64,000 nucleotides of DNA from Felis catus (taxonomy: Eukaryota): the NCBI RefSeq assembly GCF_018350175.1, contig NC_058383.1, forward strand, positions 10,914,001 to 10,978,000, written 5' to 3'. The notes under the pieces are model-generated. The model was given only the letters and a program-made list of their open reading frames with translations, was not told the origin of the DNA and made no database searches. Below, in pieces: positions 10,741-24,025 of the stretch. Each line of letters begins with the position of its first letter. Position 1 is the stretch's first letter. The translations under genes and the position numbers were made by a program.

Positions 10741-12119
10741 AAGCACCATGTTTAATACTTTTGAGAAATTGAAAAGTTTTTTAAGTTTATTTTTTATTTT
10801 GAGAGGGAGTGCGAGAGAACATGTGCAAACAAACGAGCAGGGTAGGGACAGAGAGAGGGAGAGAATCCCCAGCAGGCTCCAAGAGCTCACTCTAGGCCGG
10901 ACTCGAGCCCACCAGTTGTGAGATCGTGACCTGAGCCAAAATCAAGAGTTGGATGATTAACTGAGCCACCCAGGCACCCCAAGAGAAATGGAATTTTCTA
11001 AGGAAATAAAGGGGCACCTGGGTGGCTCAATCGGGTAAGCGTCCAACTTCTGCTCAGGTCGTGATCTCACGGTCCCTGAGTTTGAGCCCCACATTGGGCT
11101 CTGTGCTGACAGAGGCCTGGAGCCTCCTTTGGATTCTGTGTCTCCCTCTCTCTCTGACCCTCTCCTGCTCACGTTCTGCCTCCCTCTCATATAAATAAAC
11201 ATTAAAAAAATTTTTTAAAAAGAAAATAAAAATTGTCCCAGTAATACTAACTACAAGATTTATCTTCCCAAATTGGAGAATAGAAGCTCTGGAAAGGCAA
11301 GGACTTCTTGGGATTTTCCCCTGGGACTGTTGTTTTGTTTTTGTGGGATGGCAAAGGAAATTGTGTTTTTTTTTCCCCCCTTAAAGTACTGTATGATTAT
11401 ATTACAGTATAATTCTACAAGCAGAGAGTATTGAAGAGTTTGGTCTTATTTAGGGTATCTAGTTAAAATGAGCCCAGAATCTGTAAATTTGTATTATGGA
11501 GACTAAACATGTCTACCCTGTGAATACTGAATTTGAATTGAAAAATAACCTTCTAGAATTGCTTACTTAACACGTAAGTTCACTGCACCCATTTACTGTC
11601 TTTAGCCCTTATAAGTTTTAGAGGTAGTGTCTTCTTTTCCTGCTGGTGATGTTGATGTATTTGAGATAGAAAACTAGTAAAGGAACTGAAAGGTATTTGT
11701 AATTTCTTGCCTTTACAGGGCAGTTAAAGGAGGTAAGAAAAGCTTAGCTATCCTATTTGTGGCCAGGCCCCAGACACTTAAATTATTTCATTGATAATTT
11801 GACAGAGAAGGATGACAGCATGTATTATGCCCACTTTGCTTATTATTATTATTATTACTTTTAATGGTTATTTATTTTGAGAGCAAGAGTGAGTGGGGGA
11901 GGGGCAGAGAGAAGGGAAGAGAAACGCGAGCAGGCTTCTTCTAGCTATCAGTGCAGAGCCCAACTCGGGGCTCGATCTCCCTGTGCCCACTTTGTAAGTA
12001 AGGAAATAGAAATTAACCCTGGTTCTGGAATTCATTTGAAAATTGTCTGAACAGTTACAAGGAAATCCGTTAGCTTCACTTCTTCCTCCTGCTTTTTCTT
12101 TTTTTTTTTTTTTAAACAT

Positions 12120-14220
12120 TTTTTATTCTTTGGCATTAATTACATTCACAATGTTGTACCGTCATCACCACTATCTCTAACATTTTCCTTGTCACCCCAA
12201 ATAGAAACTCTGTACCCATTAAGTAATAACTCACCATTTGTCCTCTCTCCCAGTCTCTGGGAACCTCAAATATACTTTTTCTGTCTGAATTTGCCTATTT
12301 TATTCTTTTACTTGTTCACTTCTAAGTAGGCTCTATGCCCAGCGTGGGGCTTGAACTCTCGACCCCTAGTTAAGAGTCTTGCTCTACTGACTGAGCCGGT
12401 CAGGTGCCCCTTGCCTGTTTTACATATCTCTTGTAAGTGGAATCATAGAACATTTGTCATTTTGTATCTGGTTTATTTCATGTAGCAAAGTGTTTTCAAG
12501 GTTCATCTGTGTTGTAGCAGGTGTCAGATCTTTATTTCTTTTTATGGCTGAATAATGTTTCATTATATAATACACCACATTTTATGTATACATTCATCTG
12601 TTGATGGACATTTAGATTGTTTCTAACTTTTGGCTGTTATGAATATGCAGCTATGGACATTGGTTCCCCAGTACATTTTGACTCCTGTTTTCAAATCTTT
12701 TGTATATAAATACTTAAGAGTGGAATTGCTGGGTCATTGTTTTTCTTGTCGATGCTTTTTTTTTGGAGAAGGATGGATCTGAACAGATCTCCCAATAGTA
12801 TCGAATAAATGCGTTTATGTAAAATGCATTTGCTCCCTTTGTAAAGAATAAATTTGGGACTACCATTTCTAACATGAGCACCTCTTTCTTTCAAGTGGTT
12901 CCTTACAGTGATCTTAAAAAAGAGTTGTGAAATATACATACACCACAGAACTTGACCGTTTTTTCATTTATATTGTTTATTTTTATTGTCCCTGTTTTAT
13001 TTAAGTTTATTTATTTTAGAGAGAGAATGAGAGAGAGCAAGTGGGGGAGGGGCAGAGAGCGAGAGAGGGAGAGAGAATCCCAAGCAGGTTCTGTGCTGCC
13101 AGCGCAGAGTGCGACATGGGGCTCTAGCTCAGGAACCATGAGATCATGACGTGAGCTGAAATCAAGAGTGGGATGCTTAACCCACCGAGCCACCCACATG
13201 CCCTATACTACTTATTTATTTGTAGTGTATTATTTATTATGATAGCTACATAATGTTTTCAATAAAGGTACTACAGAGAAATCACATCAGTAATCATTTT
13301 AACCGTTTTTATTTTTATTAAACTTTTTTAAGTAGGCTCCATGTCCAAAGTGGGACTCGAACTTATGACCCTGAGATCAAGAGTCACATGCTGTACCAAG
13401 TGAAGGAGCCAGGCACCCATGTTTTGAAGAAAAATTTTTAATGTTTATTTGATATTTTATTTGATATTTTATTTTATTTGATAAAGAGAGACAGACAGAC
13501 AGACTAGAGCATGAACAGGGGAGGGGCAGAGAGAGGCAGACAGAATCTCAAACAGGCTTCAGTCTCTTAGCTGTCAGCACAGAGCCCGATGGGGGGCTTG
13601 AACTCACGAACCGTGAGATCATGACCTGAGGAAGTTGGATGCTTAACGGACTGAGCCACCCAGGCTCCCCAGCATCCTATTCTAACCATTTTTAAACATA
13701 CAGTGGAGACATTCAGTACAATCACTTTTTACAACTATCACATCTCCAGGACGCTTTCATCTTCTTAGCCTGAATCTGCCCATTAAATTTTTTTTTTTTT
13801 TAACGTTTATTCATTTTTGAGACAGAGAGAGACAGAGCATGAATGGGGGAAGGTCAGAGAGAGAGGGAGACACAGAATCTGAAACAGGCTCCAGTCTCCC
13901 AGCTGTCAGCACAGAGCCCGATGCGGGGCTTGAACTCATGGACCGCGAGATCATGACCTGAGCCGAAGTCGGACGCCCAACTGACTGAGCCACCCAGGCG
14001 CCCCTGAATCTGCCCATTAAATAATAATCCCCATTTTCCGCCTCACCCCATCCCCTTGAACCCACCGCTCTGCTTTCTGTGGGTGATTTTGAGGATTTTA
14101 GGGACTTCATCTAGGTGGAATCATAAAGTATTTGTCTTTTTCTGTTTTTCTTCACTTAGCATAATGTCTTCAAGGTTCGTCCATGTTGAAGGGCGTGTCA
14201 GGATTTACTTCCTTTTTAAA
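12120..14220 (-). mobile_element. Old L1 (L1MB-like) 3'-end fragments interrupted by SINEs
   Basis: Antisense L1 3'-end motifs: gtggaatcatagaacatttgtc, ttcatctgttgatggacattt, gagtggaattgctgggtcat. Confidence 0.75.
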
Positions 14221-17200
14221 TCCTTACAGTGGTTTTTGGATTTTTGAAGTTTTTGTTTTTATGGTATGGCAAAGAAACTACTGTGCGTGAATATCTCATA
14301 GTATAGTTGTAGAAGTAGGGAGTAGTGAAGAGTTTGATCCAATTTAGGGTATTTGGTTAAAATGAGCCCTGGTTAGAACCTGTGAAGATGTCTGATTGTA
14401 TGGGTCTCATACTTTTGAGAATAGCTGTGTGAGTTTTGATTCTATTTGCACACATAGTCCTTAGCTCAGTGGTTTTTTTATAGTAAGTTAAAAATTATTT
14501 TCTGATTCTGTATTTTTGTCGTCTTGTTTGCTTCTGCAGAGCTTTTAGAATAATTTTTCTTGGGTGTGTTGGGAAACAGTGCGGTAGTCACTTAACTAGA
14601 TATTCACTTTCTGAGTCTACTTATTTCATAATTTTCTTTATTTATAGCCTTATCTTAGGAAAAACAGTTTTCTTATACTAGCAAAATGAGTGAGCTATTC
14701 ACTATTCATCTGCTGTATTTTAAGCTTTGGAAAAGAAGAGATCCCTTATTGCTTTTGGAACAGTACTTATTTATTCACTTACCCAACATATTGAGGGCCT
14801 TCTGGGTGTGTAAGCTATTCTGTGAAGCCGCAGGACAATCTATTTCTTGGAAAATACTGGTCTAGGCAAATTATATTGTTGAGAGCTTCAGGGTAAAGAC
14901 TCTTTAGTTCAGTGTGTATATTCAGTCTAGTTTCTTTGTTTTAGGTATTTGGAGTAAGGTGACTTTTTTAACTTAAATCTAAAACCTATTTAAAAAAAAA
15001 TTTTTACTGTTTTTTTAATTTTGAGAGACAGCGCAAGCAAGGGAGGGGCAGAGAGAGAGAGAGAGAGACAGAGACACAGAATCCAAAGCAAGCTCCAGGC
15101 TCTGAGCTGTCAGCACAGAGCTTGACGTGAGGCTCGAAACCACGAACTCTGAGATCATGACCTGACCAAAGTCGAACGCTTAACCACCCAACAGCCATCC
15201 AGGTGCCCCTAAAACATAATTTTTGAGGACTACATTTGATGTAAACAACTTTTCATGCTGACACATGGATGCTTTAAAAGCATTTCAGAGCGATGATTTA
15301 TTTATACCTTAAACTTACACAATGTTATATGTCAGTTATACCTCAATGAAGTTGGGAAAAACAAGTAAATAAAAATAAATGGGGGAACAAAAGCAGTGAC
15401 TTATTTTGACACTTTCTATTAGTTTTCCTGCCCTATCAGACAATAGGTTATTTTATTTAGTAGTAATTAAAGCAATTAGTTGGGAAATTTTCATTTTATC
15501 AGACTTGGATTTGGAGAGTTTGTATGTAAATAGATACATAAATGTGTGTTTTGCAAGTAACTAATAAAATTTAAATTTTTGAATGGTTAATTTACTGAAC
15601 GCTTGTGTGAAACACTGTCAAGTACTTAATTTACGTTCTGATAAGTGTGTAAGGTAGGTACACCTATTCTTGTCATTTTCAAGACTAGTAAGTTTGGGGT
15701 TGAAGAATCCCAAGGTCAGTCATTCTCTAGTAGATAGAACTTGAATTCAGAACTTGGGTGTCATTCCAGAATTGGCGTTCATAAATGCTGTGCTCTGTTG
15801 CCTAACATCTGTGAGCAGTATACTAAAAAAAGATGGGCTTTTTAGATCATAGTTACTTGATTTTCATTTCCTCTTCCCATTTATACAAAGTTAGAAAAAG
15901 AACAAGTGATCCAGCTTTTCCAGTACTAAATGATTTTTAAGCTTGTGGTAAGGTCAAAGGGATACATTGTTTGTGTATTGGCAGAGTAAGCTGCTGCTTT
16001 TTAAAGGACTATCAGTTTCAAAGGATAACTTCTACATTTGCAAACAATTTCTCTCAAACTGTAGTACCAAGAAAAGTTACAGATCTTCCTGAATAGCTGG
16101 TAAGATTTTTTGTTTTTCAAGACCCTTGCTTTGGCTACCCTGAGGCTGAGGACTGAACGTGGGATCCCTCACTTGGGCAGACCTTCTTTCCCCAGTTTCG
16201 TTTTATTAATTTGCCATTCTTCCTTTTACCTGGCTTTTTAAAATGTTTTGAGAGAGAGAGAGAGAATGAGTGGAGAAGAGGGGTAGAGGGAGAGAGAGAA
16301 TCTTAAGTAGGCTCCACTCGCAGCACGGAGCCCAAAAGGGACTCGATTCCATGACCACATGATCATGAGTCCAGCACTTAATGGGCTGATCCACCCGGGC
16401 ACCCCTTACCTGGGTTTTTAAAAAAAATAAAATGTAGCTATTTTTGTTAGGTATCTCAACATGTTTTTGAAACATGGTGGAAAAGGGTGTCAAGTTTTAA
16501 GTATATGTATAACACAGTTACAGATCATTTCAGATCCTAACCTTTCAGGGGCACCTGGGTGGCTCAGTAAGTTAAGCGTCAAACTCCGTGATCTCAGCTC
16601 AGGTCTTGATCTCAGGGTCGTGGGCTCCATGCACTTACATTTTAAAATGTAAGCAGAGCCTACTATACAAACTTAAAAGCCTTGACTTAAAAATCAAATC
16701 TGAACAAAGGTTTGTCTTAGGGATTTCTAATTTTATTTCGAAGCCCTTGCCATCACATAGAATTTCTAACATTTAATGGAAGTTAAGTGAACTAAAATGG
16801 GTCTTTGGCTCTGTTTCTTTTGTCTGCTGAAGTATATATGTTAAGTATATATGTTAACGATATAAGTTATGATTTTACATTCCGTTATTAAATATTTGTA
16901 AAATGGAACCTTTGAATGAAGCGCTAACCTAATTTTCTTCTCTTTGGAAAATACCTATTAAGCCTGTGGAGATAAGCTCTTAGAAATGTGAATTAAAATA
17001 TTTCTCCGTGGTAATAGGCAAGGAATAAGGAAATTCTGGGAGTTGCAGGTCGTAGTGTAGAGTCTGATGAACTGATCTTACCCAGAATGTTATGTCCAAT
17101 TCTGGGGCATGGCCTGGACAAATGGGAATATTTTGAGGATGGTGTGGTAAAGGTAAAAAGATGTTAGGACTAAAGCACACAGGGCAGACTGGGGATGCTC

Positions 17201-18390
17201 ATTCTGAGATGAGAGTGTTGGAGGAGCACAGTGCATTGAAAGGGCCTTTTTGTAGAATAAGGCTCTTCCAGGAGGAAGGTGCCACAGGGACAGATTTTGA
17301 TTTATTAGGAGGACTAATATTAAACCAGTCCGGTAATTGCAAATTGCAAATTTAAAAGTAGCAAGCTTGGGGCGCCTGGCTGGCTCAGTCAGTGAAGCAT
17401 GTAACTCTTCATTTCGGGGTTGTAAATCAAGCCCCATGTTGGGTGTGGAAATTACTTAAAATCTTTAAAAAAATATTAAAAGTAACAAGCTCTCTGGGAT
17501 GTTTCAAAATTTGAGGGGCAGTAAGAGAGTTGGGCAAGAATACCAGTCACTAGTAACATTTTTTAAGTGTTTTTTATGTGTTTGCTATTCTAAGCCCTAC
17601 CTGAATCAGGGCACTTGTCAGAGCAATCAATCCTGTGTCCCAAGGTAGGCAGGCTTTATTAGGACTCCCATTTGAAAGTTGAGGAAAATGAGGTTGTGGG
17701 GATGCTAACTAATCCAAAACAACCCATAGTGAGGGACAGGTTTTTTGATTTTTGTTTTTTAAAGATTTTTAAGTAATCTCTACGTCCAGCATGGGCGTTT
17801 GAACTCCCAACCCCCATATCAAGAGTTGTATGCTCTACCAGCTGACCCAGCCAGGCACCACAAGGGATAATGTTTTGTTTTTGTTTTTTGTTTTTTGTTT
17901 TTTAAGTTTATTTATCCATTGAGAGAGAGCACGCACAGGCATGAGCAGGAGAATGGTAGAGAGAGAGAATCCCAAGCAGGCTCCGCATGCAGAGCCCTAC
18001 GCGGGGCTCCATCCCACTAACAGCAAGATCATGACCTGAGCCCAGTCAAGAGTCAGATGCTTAACCGACTGAGCCACCCAGGCGCCCCCTAAGGGATTGT
18101 TTTAGTATAAACTTAAGTAGTTGGATTCAGAGCCCACGCTTAACCACCACGGTATACTAATTTCCAGTTCTGATAATAACGTTTATAAAGTATAGGTAAT
18201 GAGGGGCTCCTGGGTGGTGCAGTCGGTTAAGCGTCCAACTTCGGCTCAGGTCATGATCTTACAAGCTCGTGAGCTGGAGCCCCCCATTGGGTTCTGTGCC
18301 GACAGCTCAGAGCCTGAAGCCTGCTTCCGATTCTGTGTCTCTTTCTCTGTCTCTGCTCCTCTCTTGCTCACGCTCATGCGCGTGCGCGCA

Positions 18391-18426
<36 letters not shown>

Positions 18427-19109
18427 AAAAAAAAAAAAAAGTATAGGGAAGATACTAGTGATAAACTAGTAATTTTACTTAACTGTTAGTAAAGAAGATA
18501 GCTACAAGGTTGAAAATCACGTATGCATACCTGGGGTCACATTATCGATTACATATTCTGACATGCATTCTATCCAGTGATCTACTATTTGATAGCATGC
18601 AGTGGGACTAAGTTCTAGTATTGGGAGAAAACACCAGCCAGGAGCCCAGTGTTCACTGTTGAATTAAGCACGTGTGAAGAGTGCTCACTATGCAGGATAC
18701 CACTGTGTTGGTGCTGGGGTGCGAGGCTCCCCCCACCTACCCATTGACAGAAGTACGGTCAGTGGCAAATACCGTCCAAACTAAAAGACCCCCGGTTTAC
18801 CAGTTGATGTGCAGTCTGTAGAGAAATTTGGTAACCTTTGAAGTGAAGTGTGTGTATGTGCTTTCACTTCTGGGCTCCCCTCTTTCAAATGTAAACAGAG
18901 AGAAAAACAGCCCATTTCCAGTTTTATTGAAGCTAATAGAGACAAATTGTAATCAATAAGTTACTATTTAACATCCTTTGCCTTTCTCCCAGTTCTAACA
19001 TTCTGCTTACCTTTGATAGCAAAAACAGCAAGACTTTAACACCCATGAAATAAGGCAAAAGTAGAGAAATTTTAATTAGCTTCTTTGTTGGCACATAGGT
19101 ACTTAGTGC

Positions 19110-19560
19110 TTTAAAAATTATTTTGGAACGCTTGTAAACTTGCAAAATAGTTACAGGAGCAGCAAACAGAAATTTCCCACACACCTGTTACCCAGAAACC
19201 TCATTCAGGTTTTGCCAGATGTTACTTTGTAGCAAAAGGGTCTGATCCAGGATAACATTTTCACCCAGGTGTCTTGTCCCTCTAGTACACCTCACTTTTT
19301 AGAACAGTTTCTCAGTCTTTGAATTCCGTACTCTTGAACTTTTTGAAGGTTACAGGGTAGTCATTTTACAGAATGTCCCTCAATTTGAGTTTGTCCATGC
19401 ATTTAGGCGGGAGTATCACAGTTCTAGTAAGTTCTGTTGGTTGGCACATGATGTCTGTCTATTCCCTGACTAGTTGTTAACTTTGATCACTTGGTGTGTG
19501 CCAGGCTTGGCTTTGTTAATAAGTATTTTGTGTGGAAATAATTTGGGATAATGAAACTCT
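19110..19560 (-). mobile_element. Old L1 (L1MC/ME-like) 3' fragment
   Basis: ttttacagaatgtccctcaatttgagtttgtc and gttaactttgatcacttgg motifs. Confidence 0.6.
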
Positions 19561-22500
19561 CTCGTTAGAATTGAGGATAAACTTTTTCTCTAGAGGCTGG
19601 GAATTTTTATTTTGTCCAAGTCTTTGAAAACTAAATGTTTTTCTGGAATTTAAATACTGTGAATAGTGGCATTTGGGGAACGTTAAAAGTCAGATTAAAT
19701 TTTATAGTAGGTGGTGTGGTTTGAAAGAGCATGGAGAATTAAGTCAGATCTTGATTAGATTCTACTTAACAATTCTGTAATCTTGAACAGTTTACCTTGT
19801 TTTTCCAAGGTATAAGCTGTTCTTAGATTTTATTTTATTTTTTTAGGGGTCTCTGAATGTTTTTTTAACGTTTATTTATTATTGAGAGACAGAGAGAGGC
19901 AGAGCATGAGCATGGGAAGGGCAGAGAGAGAGGGAGACACAAAATCCAAAGCAGACTCCAGGCTCCAGCTGTCACCACAGAGCCCAACAAGGGGCTCGAA
20001 CTTGCAAACTGTGAGATCCTGACCCAAGCCAAAGTCGGATGCTCAACCGACTGAGCCACCCAGGCGCCCCTGTTGTTAGATTTTAAAAAGAAGTTCTGCT
20101 TGGGGTGCCTGGGTGGCTCAGTCAGTTAAGCGTCTGACTTTGGCTCAGGTCATGATCTTGGGGTTCATGGGTTCAAGCCCCACCCACCTCCGGCTCTGTG
20201 CTGACAGCTGAGTCTGGAGCCTGCTTTGAATTCTGTGTCTTCCTCTCTCGGCCCCTTCCCCACTCATGATCTGTCTCTGTCTCTCAAAAATAAGTAAAAA
20301 CATATAAAAAAATTTTAAATACAAATAAAGTTCTTTGTAAAATATGTCAGGCAAATGCCCCCCTTGTCATAAACACGTCAAGTTAATTCCTTTGGTATCC
20401 TTCAGAAGACACATGAATAGGGTCAGTGAGTTACCTTAAACACGTTTTCTGTAGAAGCTACCGAGTAGATGTAATTAGAACGAGTGATAGCGTGTTGAGA
20501 AAACTTTGAGACACAAATTCTGTGTCTGCAGTCCAAACTGATTGTAGTCAATGCATACTGACATTTTAGGGATGAATGTTTCTTCTCCTGAAAAACAGAT
20601 ATTTTAGCTGTTAGTAATTATAGGTAGAACGTGAAGGTATTAAGTATCATCAATTGCAAAGGTAGAAAGACTTAGGCAGCCTAGAAGATTGTCAGAATAC
20701 AGTATTATATGATAACCCAAGTTAATCTTCATGCAGCTAAATCTTGTTAAGGATAAAGATGGCTGATCAAACTATTAGATCCTTTCCATTTATTTTAGGG
20801 ACCATGTTTGGCAAAATGTGCAACATCCCAGATGATGAATTTTAACTTTTAGTTCTCATCATTTTGAAGAAACTTATAAATAACTATACTTAAAGATTTG
20901 GTTTTTAAATAATTTCTATACCCAATGTAGGACTCAAACACACAACCTTGAGTGAAGAGTCACATGCTCCACTAGCTGAACCAGTCAGGCATCCCAACAG
21001 TTCATTTATTTTATTTATTTATTTTAGAGAGAGAAAGAGAGAGAGAGAGAGGCAGGAGAGAGAATGAATCTCAAGCAGGCTTCATGTTCAGTGCAGAGCC
21101 TTATTCAGGGCTCCATCCCATGACCCTGGGATCATGACCTGAGCTGAAATCAAGAGTAGGTCACTCAACCGAGTGAGCCACCCAGGAGCCCTAACAATTT
21201 ATGTTTTTAAAAGTCTGAGGTCCCATTTTACTTTTTCCTTAGAATTAAATGGTACTTGAAGTTATTTTATACTTCTCACTGAAGACGTTTTTGTTAGTTT
21301 ATATATTTTAGATTATGATGGTGCTTTTGTCAAATTTTGTCAAAACTTGACTTTAAGGTTTCTAAATAAAATGAGTTGGTAAATTTGCATTTTACCTCAT
21401 ATGCAAATAATAACCTGTGTGACTAGATCTCAGAGAATGGACACAACTGGAACTGATACCAAAAAACCAAGGAAGAGATCATCTTAAATACTGGTCCAGA
21501 AAAAGACCGTTCATGATAATGGAAAGTCACACGGCATTTTTTTAACATATCATACTCGTCTTGTGTGTAGTGCACCCAGCAAGGGGCTTGAACTCACGAA
21601 CCTAAGGTTAAGAGTGACGTGCTCTACCAACTGAGCCAGCCAGGCACCCCCCACACTGTATTGAAGGGTCGAAGTCAATAATTGAAGAAGTTTGAATGAA
21701 AGATTCAGCTATTTGAAAAGATTCAAGATTTTACTCTTGGTCAAAGTATTCCTTGTTTTGTTGTGTTTTGTTTTGTTACTTAAGCCTGATAAACAATTAC
21801 AGAATTCAGTACCATTATCTGTCCTGAATTGTCTGAATTCTGTCTTCCATGGACAGTATCCTAGTGGTAGATATTTTAGCCACTTTTGAAATTTTTCTGT
21901 TTTAATTGATCCAGATCTGGCTGGGTTTTTTGTACAAAGCATTGAGTTAGAAAAGTTCCTGATTTTTGCAGTCTTGAAGTTTATTTCACCATACTTAAGT
22001 AAATACACAGGTTAGATCTTAATTGCTTAAAAATAGCTGAGATAACCCTAGCAGTCTGCGGAAAAATTTGAAATAATTAAAGTTTTTGAGAATAGAATAA
22101 AATAACGGGCTTGCTACTTCTCTATCAGTTTGAATCCATTTCCTCCTGGTTGAGAGTAGCTCCTGGGTCTTAGATTTTTTAACTAAGATTTGACCGAGTC
22201 AGTTCTGAGGGCTGTTGGTAGTTGTTAGAGGAGATATGTTTCCTGATCGTGCCTGTCAGCATTTTGTGACACAAATTACGTGTTCATCTAGACACTAGGT
22301 TTGTAATTCGTTTTTTTGCTTTGACTCAAATCCTTTATTTTCTTCATAGAACGTGACTGATGTTGATATATATGAAGTGTTCCTCAGTGTCCACCGGCAT
22401 CTTTGTTTTATGGACAAAAAGGATACTTTCCTTTTGCTTCAGTTTGTTTACAGTGGGTGGCAGTTAATTTACTGCCTCATAAAGATTGCCTAGTATTACA

Positions 22501-22977
22501 GTTTTAATCCCTGTGTAATTATTTACTTTGGGTTCCTTTTTATTCAACCTGCTTTTCTTTGATTATTATTGTGTATGAAAGAGGTAATTTGGAATTTGGA
22601 GACCCAGATTCCAGTCGCTTGTTATAAAATTAACTTTCCTTATGACCTTAGCAAGACGGCTAATCTTTCTGGGCTGGGCCTCTCATTTATAACATAATGG
22701 AGCAGGGAGGTTGCACCAAAATATGTTGATTTTTTTTTTTTTTCCCTTGACCTAAGATTATGTGTTATAAGACTGAAATGAAAAGATAACTTGTTGAAAT
22801 TAACAAAGTAATAAAAAAGAAATAGGGCATGAATGTAATTTAAAAAAAGATAGTATCAGTGTAATCTAGTACCTTCCCCATTTACCAGTGGGATCCGGAG
22901 CTTAGATTTGAATCAGAAATACTGAACATTCAGTAATATTTTAGAGATCACCATAATAAATATTAAGGATCTCAGGG

Positions 22978-23001
22978 GTTGTTGTTGTTGTTGTTGTTGT
23001 T
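22978..23001 (+). repeat. (GTT)8 microsatellite
   Basis: Read directly from the sequence. Confidence 0.95.
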
Positions 23002-23649
23002 AGAGTGATAATGGCACGTGTGAAAATCTTCACGATTTGACTCACTATAAAATATTTTTTGTTATTTTGCTGTTTAGCATTAACAGCAAGGATCAATAAA
23101 CTAAAAGCAGAAGTATGGCCAAATGAAAATTTATATGGAATTAGTTACTGGCTTATTTTGAGGTAGAGCAGATCAGAACAGTAAGACCACGAATAAACCT
23201 AATCCCTGAAATGGATCTCCAACAAGAAACAGAAGAAGATTGTAAAGAATGACCGGGTCTGTTTTCAGAGAGAGAAAATAGGCATCACATCTTAAACAAT
23301 AGCTGACCAGGATAAAAGACCTATGAAACAGCAACAGGCCAATTAAGTTCGTCTTTGAAACTCATAAAGGAGAATTAAAGTCAAATCAGGGAAACAAAAA
23401 TAAAGTCAGACAACACTCAGAGTGGACGAATTAAGGATATTGAAAAAATGGGAAAGAAGATACAGCAGAGTGAGGTGGCTGCAGGCAAGCACTGTTCCGC
23501 CTTTTTATTTATTTTTTCCTTTAGTAGGCTCCACGCCCAACGTGGGGCTTGAACCCACAGCCCTGAGATGAAGAGCTCAAGAGTTGCATGCTCTGCAGAC
23601 TGAGCCAGCCAGGCACCCCCAACTGCCTGACTCTTCCACGTGGGTCTGG

Positions 23650-24025
23650 CTAGACTGCCAGCCCCAGTGTGCCCCGGATAATCTTGTTCTGCCCAGCCAC
23701 TGTAATTAGGCTAGGCTGGGGGCAGGCTGGGGACACAAACCCCCAGAATTTCGTGCACAACGTAGTAGATACAATAGTCTGCTGCCTCTGAGATCACGGT
23801 ACCAGATGTGTGGTAAGCTTAAAGATACATGTGGCCTTCATCTCTGCCTTAGGGAAGAAACCCATCTGCTCAAGGACACTATTGGAGTAGAGCGAACTCC
23901 AGTGACGTCTTGTGTTCCTGGATCTAGCTGCATGTGGAGCTGGTGCAACCTTTAGGCTGAATAATTAACTAAAACAGTAAAAATTCCCTTCTTGGTGGTT
24001 TGAAATAGGAATTTGTTCTAGCAAA
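23650..24025 (+). mobile_element. MLT1-like (ERVL-MaLR) LTR remnant
   Basis: 3' part cctggatctagctgcatgtggagc...aaaattccctt...gtttgaaataggaatttgttctagcaa resembles MLT1 LTR ends. Confidence 0.5.

Noticed and set aside
16830..16868. Short 13-bp tandem repeats (also 42821-42846)
   Set aside because: Ordinary slippage duplications in AT-rich or L1 sequence.
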